From contig MFXT01000019.1 of the NCBI GenBank assembly GCA_001788955.1, forward strand, positions 6,331 to 70,330: a stretch of 64,000 bases of DNA. Reading direction: 5' to 3'. Of this stretch, positions 1 through 9,373 are shown one piece after another. The notes below the pieces were generated by a model, which was not told the origin of the DNA, made no database searches, and saw only the letters and a program-made list of their open reading frames with translations. The DNA is from Candidatus Peribacteria bacterium RIFCSPHIGHO2_02_FULL_49_16. Its GTDB lineage: Bacteria; Patescibacteriota; Gracilibacteria; Peribacterales; Peribacteraceae. The position numbers were made by a program, and so were the translations under genes. Position 1 is the first letter of the stretch; every line of letters begins with the position of its first letter.

Positions 1-1332
1 CTGATGTTTCACGGCTTTGTAACCAAGCTTCTCCAGTTCGAACTCTTCTTTCTGCAACCGCACGTATGCCGGCATGCCTTCTTTTGCATACTCATGCGCG
101 AGCTTGAACATGCTTGCATTGAGGGCATGGAATCCTGCGAGTGTAACAAACTGAAACTTGTATCCCATCTCACCAAGATCGCGCTGAAACTTCGCAATCG
201 TTTCATCGGCAAGGTTTTTTTTCCAGTTGAACGACGGCGAACAGTTGTAGGCAAGAAGTTTTCCGGGAAACTTCGCATGAATTGCGTCGGCAAAACGTCG
301 CGCTTCCTCCAAGTCCGGTTTTGATGTTTCACACCAAAGCATATCCGCATAAGGAGCATACGAAAGACCGCGCGCAATGGCGGCTTCCAATCCGCCATGC
401 ATTCGATAAAAACCTTCCTTTGTGCGTTCACCGGTGAGAAACCGGTGATCGCGCTCATCTATATCACTTGTCATAAGCTTGGCGCCATTGGCATCTGTAC
501 GCGCTATGAGAACTGTTGGAACATCCATGACATCCGCTGCCAGTCGTGCAGCTTGGAGCTTCGTAATAAATTCTTGTGTCGGCACAAGGACTTTTCCACC
601 CAAATGACCGCACTTTTTTTCTGAAGCCAATTGATCTTCAAAATGCACGCCTGCGGCTCCGGCTGCAATCATCCAGCGCATGAGAACATACGCATTACGC
701 GGACCGCCGAATCCCGCTTCTGCATCCGCAACAATGGGGGCAAAATTCGCTTTCTTTCTCTCTGCTTCATTGGAAACCAGAAAACGGCGACGGAGAGCAT
801 GATTGATTTTTTCCACAACGACAGGAACGCTGTGAGACGAATAGAGACTTTGATCGGGAAATATTTCTCCATCGAGATTTGCATCTGCCGCAACTTGCCA
901 ACCACTAAGGTAGATTACCTTCAATCCTGCTTCCACCTGTTCCATAGCCTGGTTGCCGGACAGTGCACCAAGAGCATTGATATACGGCTCCGTATGGAGC
1001 AGACACCACAAATGTTCGGCACGCCGCCGAGCGACTGCAACTTGACTCTGTACCTCGTGAGGTTCCTCCTGAAGCGCTATGACATCTTTTGCACAGTATG
1101 GTCGCTCTACCGCCTTCCACCGCGGATCGGTATCCCAGATTTTTTGGAGATACTCCGGATCATGGCGATCAGCAATGTGTTTCTCGGCAAGGAGCGCATA
1201 GATGCGTTCGCGATGCACGGGGAGAAGTGTATTGAGATCGAGAGCAAGACGCAGAAACTGCTCTGCCGTAGCTGTGCCCTGAACCGTGCTTTGCTCTGGT
1301 TCACGGGTGGCATTTTCGAGGGAAACAAGCAT
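1..1332 (-). CDS. aceA: Isocitrate lyase, C-terminus cut by window edge
   Basis: My own minus-strand translation from ATG 1332-1330 runs 444 codons to nt 1 with no stop, so the ORF track (which needs a stop) does not list it. It contains the ICL signature [13 protein letters not shown] and the blocks [22 protein letters not shown] and YNCSPSFNW. Confidence 0.85.
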   Translation of the reverse strand, partial: MLVSLENATREPEQSTVQGTATAEQFLRLALDLNTLLPVHRERIYALLAEKHIADRHDPEYLQKIWDTDPRWKAVERPYCAKDVIALQEEPHEVQSQVAVARRRAEHLWCLLHTEPYINALGALSGNQAMEQVEAGLKVIYLSGWQVAADANLDGEIFPDQSLYSSHSVPVVVEKINHALRRRFLVSNEAERKKANFAPIVADAEAGFGGPRNAYVLMRWMIAAGAAGVHFEDQLASEKKCGHLGGKVLVPTQEFITKLQAARLAADVMDVPTVLIARTDANGAKLMTSDIDERDHRFLTGERTKEGFYRMHGGLEAAIARGLSYAPYADMLWCETSKPDLEEARRFADAIHAKFPGKLLAYNCSPSFNWKKNLADETIAKFQRDLGEMGYKFQFVTLAGFHALNASMFKLAHEYAKEGMPAYVRLQKEEFELEKLGYKAVKHQ

Positions 1333-1451
1333 GTTGAAAAGGAAAGTGAATCTCTATGTCAACAGAAGAATGGTGTTTCTCCAAGAATGATCACCTGCCT
1401 CATTTTCACCGCTTGATAGAGATGAAAAATAAGAGAGAACGCATTTCCTTA

Positions 1452-3308
1452 TCACTTTTTCTCCTCAAACATCTTCAAAAATTCAGTTACAGACAATGTC
1501 TCTTTTTTCAGAAGAACTTGGGCAATCTCATCCATCTTCTCTCGATGTGTCTTTAACATGCCCATCGCGCGGTCGTATTGCGCACGAATGACGTCACGGA
1601 CATACTCATCGATATGCTTTTGGATGTCTTCGGAGTAGTTGCGCGAAAGGGTCGGCTCGACTCCCATGAACATCGTCCCTTGCCGTTCGCCGTACGCGAC
1701 CAGTCCCAATGAATCATCACCCATCCCAAACCGCATCGCCATATTGCGCGCGATCTGCGATGCGTGTTCCAGATCGTTGCTCGCTCCAGTCGTCACTTCA
1801 TTAAAAATCAATTCCTCCGCTGCACGCCCCGCAAGAAGACCGCAAATCTGATCAATGAACTTGGATTTACTGATGGTGTACTCGTCTTCTTTGGGCAAAA
1901 ACCATGTGATTCCAAGAGCGGAACCGCGCGAGACAATGGAAATTTTATGGAGCGGATCACTTTCCGGACACAGATGCCCCACAACCGCATGACCGAGTTC
2001 ATGATAGGCCGTGATATCGCGTTCTTTCTTGTTTAACTTTCGCGATTTCTTCTCTGCACCAATCGTAACCTTTTCCACGCTGTCTGCGATATCTTTTTGC
2101 ATGATCGCCTTGCGCCCGCGCTTTGCCGCGAAGATCGCCGCTTCGTTCATAATGTTCTCCAAATCGGCGCCGGTAAGGCCGACTGTTTGTCTCGCAATTA
2201 TGCGCAAATTCACGCCTCTGCTTAATTTCTTGTTTCCCACATGCACTTCAAGGATCTTGCACCGCGCTTCGAGATCGGGCTTGTCGAGGAACACGCGACG
2301 ATCGAATCGTCCCGGCCGCAGCAGAGCGACATCGAGCACATCCGGTCGATTCGTCGCTGCCATCACAATCACATTCGTCCCTTGCTCAAAGCCATCCATC
2401 TCCGTCAAAATCTGATTTAAGGTCTGTTCACGTTCGTCATGGCCTCCACCGAATCCCGCCCCGCCGCGCTGCCTTCCGACGGCATCGATCTCATCAATGA
2501 AAATGATGCATGGCGCGTTCTTTTTCGCACGAATGAAGAGATCGCGAACACGACTGGCGCCCACGCCGACGAACATTTCGACGAATTCCGATCCCGCAAT
2601 CGAGAAAAACGGCACACCGGCTTCTCCCGCAACCGCGCGCGCGAGGAGCGTCTTTCCCGTTCCGGGAGGCCCGACAAGAAGAACACCTTTGGGAATCTTT
2701 GCTCCCATTTCGATGTATTTTTTGGGATTCTTTAGAAAATCAACCACTTCAACCAAATCCTCTTTGGACTCTTCACACCCGGCAACATCCTTGAATCGCG
2801 TTTTGACTTCTTTCGCATCGGCAACGCGCGCGCGCGATTTCCCGAATGAGAGCGCAGTGGATTGGCTTCGGGCAATGCCGCGAAAGAGCCAGATAAGCCC
2901 GGCAATGATGAGAATGAAGAACAGCAGATCCGGCACGATTGCCAAAAGAAGATTGGTCACTTCACGATTTTCCACCTCGACTACTGTGGGATTTTTGGGA
3001 TCATTCCACTGAAGAGTTGCCAACGAATCTCGCGATTCCTTGTACGATTGCAACACCGCTCCCGTGTGGGTGATAGCAAATACTTTATTATCCCGCAGCA
3101 AAATTCGCTCAAATTCCCCGACGTTGTAGCCTCGCGTCACTTGGCTGATCGGAACCTCCTTCGCATCGGCAAATTGCTGCTCCAGCTCTCGTGCGGGATT
3201 CGTAAGGTAATAGAGAGAAAGAGCAATAAGACCGACGAAAAGCAGGGTGGAGAGCACCCATTGATTGCGATTCGGCGGTCGAGATGGTTTTCTAAGGGCA
3301 GGAGACAT
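1452..3308 (-). CDS. ftsH: ATP-dependent zinc metalloprotease FtsH
   Basis: 618-aa ORF with N-terminal TM helices, Walker A GPPGTGKT, an AAA module and the zinc protease motif HELGHA. Confidence 0.97.
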   Translation of the reverse strand: MSPALRKPSRPPNRNQWVLSTLLFVGLIALSLYYLTNPARELEQQFADAKEVPISQVTRGYNVGEFERILLRDNKVFAITHTGAVLQSYKESRDSLATLQWNDPKNPTVVEVENREVTNLLLAIVPDLLFFILIIAGLIWLFRGIARSQSTALSFGKSRARVADAKEVKTRFKDVAGCEESKEDLVEVVDFLKNPKKYIEMGAKIPKGVLLVGPPGTGKTLLARAVAGEAGVPFFSIAGSEFVEMFVGVGASRVRDLFIRAKKNAPCIIFIDEIDAVGRQRGGAGFGGGHDEREQTLNQILTEMDGFEQGTNVIVMAATNRPDVLDVALLRPGRFDRRVFLDKPDLEARCKILEVHVGNKKLSRGVNLRIIARQTVGLTGADLENIMNEAAIFAAKRGRKAIMQKDIADSVEKVTIGAEKKSRKLNKKERDITAYHELGHAVVGHLCPESDPLHKISIVSRGSALGITWFLPKEDEYTISKSKFIDQICGLLAGRAAEELIFNEVTTGASNDLEHASQIARNMAMRFGMGDDSLGLVAYGERQGTMFMGVEPTLSRNYSEDIQKHIDEYVRDVIRAQYDRAMGMLKTHREKMDEIAQVLLKKETLSVTEFLKMFEEKK

Positions 3309-3362
3309 ATAATGATAGATTATCCTGATTTTTAAGATCGGTGAAGTATAAATTGTACTGTT

Positions 3363-3806
3363 TTATCGAACATATCCTTGTTTTTCCGCCTCCTCCTTGC
3401 TCCCAAAATACACTCTATTCTCGGGCACAATGCGCTGCCCGCCGGAAGAATCTATGGAATAGTATTTCGTGCCGCGCTTCGAAGCAACAAATTTTGCTCC
3501 ATCGGGAATCGAGACCCAGATGTCATTGATAAGAAGTGTCTCGGCGGGAACCGCGAATGATCCGTCGGCATCAGTAAAAATCTGCTTACTGCCAAGAAAC
3601 ACGCGCACATTTCCTTTGATTTCACCAACAAGTTTTCCTTCTTCGACGCCGCGGATCTCTACTACGGGGATGCTTTCGCGCGTATCAGGCTGGAGCGTCA
3701 TCGTCGTGCCATATCTTTCCTCATATAAAGAAACAATACGACCTACAGTGTAGCCGAAAGCACACGCCAAGAGAAGAAGAGGGAGGTAGCGTCCCATAAT
3801 TCTCAA
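3363..3806 (-). CDS. Hypothetical membrane-anchored or secreted protein
   Basis: 147-aa ORF with an N-terminal hydrophobic anchor. It directly abuts the upstream ORF (operon-like). The C-terminal tail KYYSID...NRVYFGSKEEAEKQGY weakly resembles a short tail seen on many secreted bacterial proteins (from memory). Confidence 0.55.
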   Translation of the reverse strand: MRIMGRYLPLLLLACAFGYTVGRIVSLYEERYGTTMTLQPDTRESIPVVEIRGVEEGKLVGEIKGNVRVFLGSKQIFTDADGSFAVPAETLLINDIWVSIPDGAKFVASKRGTKYYSIDSSGGQRIVPENRVYFGSKEEAEKQGYVR

Positions 3807-4331
3807 TTACTCGACGTTCTTCTCGAGTCGCACCGATGCGACATCCAACACCAAATCACGCTCTTCATCATAGAGAATGGCTCTCTTCGCCGTAATCACG
3901 AGGAAATTTCCATTCTTTGCAAGGAGGTAGAATTCATTCTGCGCCTGCAACTTTTCCACATCAATAATCGTTGCAACCGTCGGCGCACTATCATCGGCAA
4001 TCAATATATGTTCACGGACTTTTGCAATGATTTCGGCTGCCTTCTCCTTATTCTGTGTCGAAGCAGTATCATCTTGAGGCAAGTACTGCTCTCCTGCCTG
4101 ACCGATCTGCTGCGACTGACCGATCTGCTGCGACTGACCCATTTGTCCACTCAACCAGTACGTTCCACCCGCAACAACCACGACCAATGCGCCAAGAACG
4201 GCCACACGACCGGCAGCGCTTCCATTCGGAGCAGGCGGCGGCAATGATGGCGGCGGCAGAGGATCGGGAAGATCCGGCGTCGGGTTTGTTGGCTGATCGT
4301 CCATAGAAGAAGCAGAAATACTTTCTAACAC
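3807..4331 (-). CDS. Hypothetical Pro/Gln-rich membrane protein
   Basis: 174-aa ORF with a Pro-rich N-terminus, one TM helix (VAVLGALVVVVAGG) and a tandem QSQQIG repeat encoded by an 18-bp DNA repeat. Confidence 0.5.
   Translation of the reverse strand: MLESISASSMDDQPTNPTPDLPDPLPPPSLPPPAPNGSAAGRVAVLGALVVVVAGGTYWLSGQMGQSQQIGQSQQIGQAGEQYLPQDDTASTQNKEKAAEIIAKVREHILIADDSAPTVATIIDVEKLQAQNEFYLLAKNGNFLVITAKRAILYDEERDLVLDVASVRLEKNVE
4098..4140. repeat. 18-bp tandem repeat (CTGACCGATCTGCTGCGA), about 2.4 copies, in-frame
   Basis: Read directly from the sequence. It encodes the repeated QSQQIG in the ORF at 3807-4331. Confidence 0.9.
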
Positions 4332-4377
4332 GTTATGACAATCGGTACATCAATACAAGTTGACATATTTCTGTTTT

Positions 4378-4842
4378 TTATCTCATCTTAAATTTCCATC
4401 CTTTCTTCACTCCATAGTCATTCACAAACCCCGCATGCACTTCCAAAGCGTACAGCACTGCAGCATCGGAGGAATGCGTCGGACAGTTTGCCACCTTGCA
4501 CGGTTCCATGGAGAGTGTTTTTATGAGAATGCCTTCTTCATCAAAGAAAAGAACATCCAGAGGAATGAGTGTATTCTTCATCCAGAAGGTCAGCACTTGC
4601 GGATACTCAACAATAAAGAGCATACCAGATTTTTCCTCAAGCTCTTGCCGATTTTGAAGTCCCTGTGTACGCGTAAACGCAGTATCCGCCACTTCGACAC
4701 GCACCTCTATTTCTTCTTCATTCGGTCCTGAAAGTGTCAGAACGCTCTTTCCATCCCATTGCTTTCCCGTGAGAATAAAGAAGGCGAGAGCAAAGAGAAA
4801 ACCAAAGATGATGACACCGAGGATAATGCGAATCTCTCTCAT
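4378..4842 (-). CDS. DUF192-family protein
   Basis: 154 aa with an N-terminal TM helix. It shows the typical DUF192 blocks VEVADT..R.QGL, GMLF and FWMKNTLIPLDVLFFDEEG. It overlaps rpe by 4 nt, consistent with an operon. Confidence 0.8.
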   Translation of the reverse strand: MREIRIILGVIIFGFLFALAFFILTGKQWDGKSVLTLSGPNEEEIEVRVEVADTAFTRTQGLQNRQELEEKSGMLFIVEYPQVLTFWMKNTLIPLDVLFFDEEGILIKTLSMEPCKVANCPTHSSDAAVLYALEVHAGFVNDYGVKKGWKFKMR

Positions 4843-5471
4843 GGAGAACGGAGAGAAGCAATAGCCTCTGCACGATCGGGTGCGGAAAAAATGAAACTTC
4901 CGGAGACAAGATTATTCGCCCCCGCCTCAATGCACTTTTTTGCCGTTCGATCATCAATACCGCCATCCATTTGTATCATCAGATTCGGATAATGTTCCCG
5001 AATCGCACGCACTTTTTCGAGCACGTTCACCATAAACTCCTGACCGCCGAAGCCCGGATGCACAGACATCATCAATACAAGATCAACATCTTCGATTGTT
5101 TTGGCGATTGCATCGATCGGCGTCTCCGGATTCATGGCAATACCGGCAGTCGCTCCGCCATCGCGGATAGCAGCCACCAGCGCCGACCGTTCTTCCGTAT
5201 CCGTCACTTCGGCATGGAACGTGATATTTTTGACTTTCAGAGACAAAAAATCCTCAATGCGATCTTCCGGATTTTCCACCATCAGGTGAATATCGAGTGG
5301 AAGTTTTGTTTTGAGATGACGAAGAACCGGCGCACCGAAACTTAAATTCGGCACGAAATGTCCGTCCATCACGTCCACTTGCAGCCAATCAGCATACGAT
5401 TCGATCGTATCGACCTCGTCCTGGAGACGGGCTAAGTTGCAGGAGAGAATGGAGGGAGTGATCAGTGTCAT
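4839..5471 (-). CDS. rpe: Ribulose-phosphate 3-epimerase
   Basis: 210 aa with PSILSCNL, DVMDGHFVPNLSFG and MSVHPGFGGQ blocks. Confidence 0.95.
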   Translation of the reverse strand: MTLITPSILSCNLARLQDEVDTIESYADWLQVDVMDGHFVPNLSFGAPVLRHLKTKLPLDIHLMVENPEDRIEDFLSLKVKNITFHAEVTDTEERSALVAAIRDGGATAGIAMNPETPIDAIAKTIEDVDLVLMMSVHPGFGGQEFMVNVLEKVRAIREHYPNLMIQMDGGIDDRTAKKCIEAGANNLVSGSFIFSAPDRAEAIASLRSP

Positions 5472-5941
5472 ATGAATGGCTCAATTTCTCTTACCCGTCG
5501 TTCGTGCCGCCCACCTTCGAACTCCGTCTCCAAAAATATATCCACCATCTTCTTGGCTAATTTTTCCTCGACATACCTTCCTCCAAGACTCATGACATTC
5601 GCGTCATTGTGTGCGCGTGCAAGGCGGGCAATTTCCTCATTCCAACACACTGCCGCACGGATGCCTTTCATTTTATTGCCTACCATGGCTTCTCCGTTGC
5701 CGCTGCCGCCAACAATGATTCCGAACACCCCCTCCCCTCTATCCCCTCCCTTATGGAGGGGAGAAAAGGAAAGCACTTCTTTACATCCTTTGCGGATAAT
5801 CGGCGGGTAATCATCGTCTTGCTGAACATGTGGAGAAACATCTGTCACATCAATTTTTTTTGATGAAAGATACGCTTTGATTTTTTCCTTCAGCGCAAAA
5901 CCTGCATGATCGGCGGCAAGAATGACGCGTTCCACTTTCAT
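5468..5941 (-). CDS. rpiB: Ribose-5-phosphate isomerase B carrying an in-frame mini-element insertion
   Basis: RpiB/LacAB pattern: ILAADHAGFALKE, GIIVGGSGNGEAM, NDANVMSLGGR. The start is set at ATG 5941 (MKVERV) because the longer ORF to 5995 would overlap tpiA. The segment SPLHKGGDRGEGV is extra. Confidence 0.9.
   Translation of the reverse strand: MKVERVILAADHAGFALKEKIKAYLSSKKIDVTDVSPHVQQDDDYPPIIRKGCKEVLSFSPLHKGGDRGEGVFGIIVGGSGNGEAMVGNKMKGIRAAVCWNEEIARLARAHNDANVMSLGGRYVEEKLAKKMVDIFLETEFEGGRHERRVREIEPFI
5728..5764 (-). repeat. G/C-rich hairpin and G-tract mini-element, copy A (inside rpiB, sense orientation)
   Basis: The sense-strand sequence is TCTCCCCTCCATAAGGGAGGGGATAGAGGGGAGGGGG. Close matches occur at 29979-30016 and 62503-62539. 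Confidence 0.85.
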
Positions 5942-5966
5942 ATGAAGATGGTACACTCCGTTCGCC

Positions 5967-6695
5967 ATGCAACGAAAGCCTCTTCTGTGCGCCAATTGGA
6001 AAATGTTTCGACCTCCTGACGGATGGGATGCGACAGATTCTCCCTATCGATCACAAGCACGTGCGGACATCGTCATTTTTCCGACGCATTTGCATATTAC
6101 CAAATGCATTAAGGCAAAAATGCTCGTTGGGGCGCAGTACGGCCGTCCCGAACCCGAAGGAGCCTTCACAGGAGACGTCAGCATGCAGATGCTCAAAGCA
6201 CAAGGGTGCAGTTATGCACTTTGCGGACATAGTGAGAGACGCCAGAATCATGGTGAAACCGACATATTCATCGCCGAGCAAATCATCGCCGCCCTCGAAG
6301 CCGGTCTCCACCCGATTCTCTGTATAGGAGAAACCAAGGAGGAATATGACAAAGGAAAGACACAAAGCATACTGAAACGTCAACTGTCTCCGGTATCAAT
6401 GATCAATTCCCTGCCGGCAGTCCTGTCCTCCGTAGTGTCAATTGCATACGAGCCCGTGTGGGCCATCGGCTCCGGCATCAATGCGCTTCCGGCTGATATA
6501 CAGAACATACATACATTCATCCGTTCTCTCCTGCCGGAGCAATCACAAAAATCAACGAGAATTCTCTACGGCGGGTCGGTGAATGAACTGAACGCTTCTG
6601 GGTTCCTCGCACATGAGGACATCGACGGACTTCTCGTAGGCGCCTGCTCGCTTGAAGTGGAGAAGTTTACAGAAATAATGAGAAGCATTTCATAG
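5967..6695 (+). CDS. tpiA: Triosephosphate isomerase
   Basis: 242 aa with an N-terminal CANWKM, CGHSERR and AYEPVWAIGSG. Confidence 0.93.
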   Translation: MQRKPLLCANWKMFRPPDGWDATDSPYRSQARADIVIFPTHLHITKCIKAKMLVGAQYGRPEPEGAFTGDVSMQMLKAQGCSYALCGHSERRQNHGETDIFIAEQIIAALEAGLHPILCIGETKEEYDKGKTQSILKRQLSPVSMINSLPAVLSSVVSIAYEPVWAIGSGINALPADIQNIHTFIRSLLPEQSQKSTRILYGGSVNELNASGFLAHEDIDGLLVGACSLEVEKFTEIMRSIS

Positions 6696-9341
6696 GTATC
6701 GCGGTGTATGTATTCTCATCATCCACTTTCCCCCTTCCACCACCGGAACAATCGTTGCAGAGAGAACGGCAAGAAGAAGCCACTCATTGATGGATAGGGC
6801 AACGGTTTTGAAAGGAATTTGTAGGAGAGGAAGAGCAACAACGCCTATGAGAGGAAGAATGCCTGCAAGAACGGAGAGATTGAGCCATCGGTTGCTGAAT
6901 ATCCCTTCCCATATCGGCCGGTGATCGCTGCGAAAGATGTACGCCTTCCAGAGTTCAATGAAAACGAGCGTGACAAAAACCATCGTCATCGCTTTTTGTA
7001 CAGGAACATCCTTCCTTAAGAGAAACCAGAAGAGACTGACATTCAGCACAGTCGACCAGAGTCCTCCAAGGCACATGAGCGAAATGATCGGACGCGTGAA
7101 TATACTTTTTTTTGCATCACGCGGGCGCTGGATCATCAAATCCTTTTCTGCAGCGTCAACCGAGAGCGCGATTGCGGGCAGGCCGTCCGTCGCAAGGTTT
7201 ACAAAGAGAATTTGCAATGCCGTGAGCGGAAGAGGAAGGCCGAATGCAGTCGCTCCAGCCACGATCCCGATTTCTCCGAGATTGGCAGAGAGCAGATACA
7301 TCAAGTACTTCTTGATATTGCCGAAAATCCCCCGCCCTTCCTCCACCGCCGCGACAATCGAAGCGAAGTTATCGTCCATGAGCGTCATGTCCGCCGCTTC
7401 CTTTGAGACGTCCGTTCCCGTGATCCCCATTGCCACTCCGATATTCGCCTTTTTGAGCGCCGGCGCATCATTGACGCCATCTCCGGTCATCGCCACGATA
7501 TGTCCTTTTTCCTGCCATGTCGTGATGATGCGCAATTTATGCTCCGGATCTACGCGCGCGTATACTTGAACCCGCTCGACTCGCTGTGAAAATGCATCAT
7601 CAGACAATGCGGAGAGTTCCTGCCCGGTCATTATGTCTCCATCTGTAAGAATGCCGAGTTCCGCGGCAATCGCTTGTGCAGTCAGCGGATGATCGCCCGT
7701 GATCATAATGACGCGTATACCCGCATCTTCACAGACATTCATCGCTTTTTTTGCTTCCGGACGAGGAGGATCGATCATGCCCAAGAGCCCGAGAAATTCC
7801 ATGTGCTCCTCACTTCCTTCTTTTCCCTGTACCTCTTTACGCGAAATAGCGAGAACCCGAAGCGCCTGCGAAGCCATATTTTCTGCAGCAGAAAGTATCT
7901 TCTTTTTTTCTTCCGCATTCAGCACGCACGCATCGACGATCACCTCCGGCGCCCCCTTCGCATATGCCATCTTCGTACCTTTGATCTCATGGATCGTTGT
8001 CATGCGCTTGCTCTCTGATGTGAAGGGAATTTCGTCTATGCGCACAGCCGCCGCATCCAGCTCCTCTTTTTTCAGTCCCGCTTTTGCTGCGGCAACAACC
8101 AACCCCCCTTCGGTGGGATCGCCGCGAATGATCCATTTCCCTTCTTCCTGCACCAAATGGGCGTCATTGCAGAGCGCCGCCGCCGTAAGAAGATCGCGCA
8201 AGCGTACTGCATCATGCGATCCTCTAAAATCCCCCTCCGCAGCATATCCTGATCCTGTGACCTGAATCTCGTTGCCATCGAGCACAATTTTTTGCACGGT
8301 CATTTCATCTTTCGTGAGCGTTCCCGTTTTATCGGCACAAATCACCGACGTACTGCCGAGTGTCTCTACGGCAGGGAGCTTTCGAATCAAAGCATTGCGC
8401 TTGACCATGCGCTGCACGCCAATCGCGAGCGATATCGTGACCACCGCAGGAAGAGCCTCCGGAACAACGGCAACCGCGAGCGCCACGCCGAAGAGGAGAA
8501 TCTCTAAAAACGGCTGGCCGCGCATGACGCCCATTCCCACGATCGCGAGAATAATGATAAGGGCAACCTTGGCGAGCACTCTTCCCACATGGTCCAGATT
8601 TTTCTGGAGCGGGGTGCGTTCGCGCTCGACGCCTGCAAGCATCTCTGCAATACGGCCAAATTCCGTTTCCATGCCCGTCGCGACGACAATCGCCTTTCCG
8701 CGTCCATAGGTTGCCGACGTCCCGCTATACACCATATTCCGGCGATCTCCGAGAGGACACACCTCATCATCGATCACGGTGATCTTTTTGCTCACGGGAG
8801 AAGACTCGCCCGTCAATGCCGCTTCGGCAATCGAGAGATTAACGCTCTCAATAAGTCGCGCATCCGCGGGAATCTTGTCTCCTGTGGCAATGAGAATGAT
8901 ATCGCCGGGAACGATTTCTTCTGCGGGAATGGTCTTTTCTTGCCCCAGACGAATCACTTTTGCTTCGGGCGCCGCCATCTTCTTGAGCGCCTCCATGGCA
9001 CGATCTGCTTTGTATTCCTGAATAAAGCCAAGGAAGACCGCGAAAAGCACGATGATGACGATCGCAATCGCCTCCAGCTTCTGACCCAAAATCGCCGAAA
9101 GCCCCACCGCGATCAGAAGAATGATGATCAGCACATTCTGAAATTGTTCAAAGAGAATCTTCCAAGGGGAAAGTCCCTTCCCTTTTTCCAGTATATTTTT
9201 TCCATGCTCTTTCAATCTCTGCTCTGCATCTTTTTGCGAAAGCCCCTGTTTTTGATCTACGGAAAACTTCCCCAGAACACTCTCCACCGAGAGCGTATGC
9301 CAGAGCATGGGCATCTTTTGATTCTGGTTGTTTGAGATCAT
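6690..9341 (-). CDS. Cation-transporting P-type ATPase (type II, Ca2+/cation-like)
   Basis: 883 aa with LTGES, the phosphorylation site DKTGTLT, MITGDHPLTA, TGDGVNDAPALKKA, and multiple TM helices including VPEALPAV. Confidence 0.95.
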   Translation of the reverse strand: MISNNQNQKMPMLWHTLSVESVLGKFSVDQKQGLSQKDAEQRLKEHGKNILEKGKGLSPWKILFEQFQNVLIIILLIAVGLSAILGQKLEAIAIVIIVLFAVFLGFIQEYKADRAMEALKKMAAPEAKVIRLGQEKTIPAEEIVPGDIILIATGDKIPADARLIESVNLSIAEAALTGESSPVSKKITVIDDEVCPLGDRRNMVYSGTSATYGRGKAIVVATGMETEFGRIAEMLAGVERERTPLQKNLDHVGRVLAKVALIIILAIVGMGVMRGQPFLEILLFGVALAVAVVPEALPAVVTISLAIGVQRMVKRNALIRKLPAVETLGSTSVICADKTGTLTKDEMTVQKIVLDGNEIQVTGSGYAAEGDFRGSHDAVRLRDLLTAAALCNDAHLVQEEGKWIIRGDPTEGGLVVAAAKAGLKKEELDAAAVRIDEIPFTSESKRMTTIHEIKGTKMAYAKGAPEVIVDACVLNAEEKKKILSAAENMASQALRVLAISRKEVQGKEGSEEHMEFLGLLGMIDPPRPEAKKAMNVCEDAGIRVIMITGDHPLTAQAIAAELGILTDGDIMTGQELSALSDDAFSQRVERVQVYARVDPEHKLRIITTWQEKGHIVAMTGDGVNDAPALKKANIGVAMGITGTDVSKEAADMTLMDDNFASIVAAVEEGRGIFGNIKKYLMYLLSANLGEIGIVAGATAFGLPLPLTALQILFVNLATDGLPAIALSVDAAEKDLMIQRPRDAKKSIFTRPIISLMCLGGLWSTVLNVSLFWFLLRKDVPVQKAMTMVFVTLVFIELWKAYIFRSDHRPIWEGIFSNRWLNLSVLAGILPLIGVVALPLLQIPFKTVALSINEWLLLAVLSATIVPVVEGGKWMMRIHTPRYL

Positions 9342-9373
9342 AAAGGTCTGTGAAAAAGTATACGAAGAATATC

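Noticed and set aside
4-1416. Listed ORFs on both strands in this interval: 4-324, 397-624 and 631-1416 on the plus strand, and 9-458, 669-905, 905-1120 and 1107-1328 on the minus strand.
   Set aside because: All are off-frame or antisense shadows of the uninterrupted isocitrate lyase frame. Their translations are low-complexity and carry no motifs.
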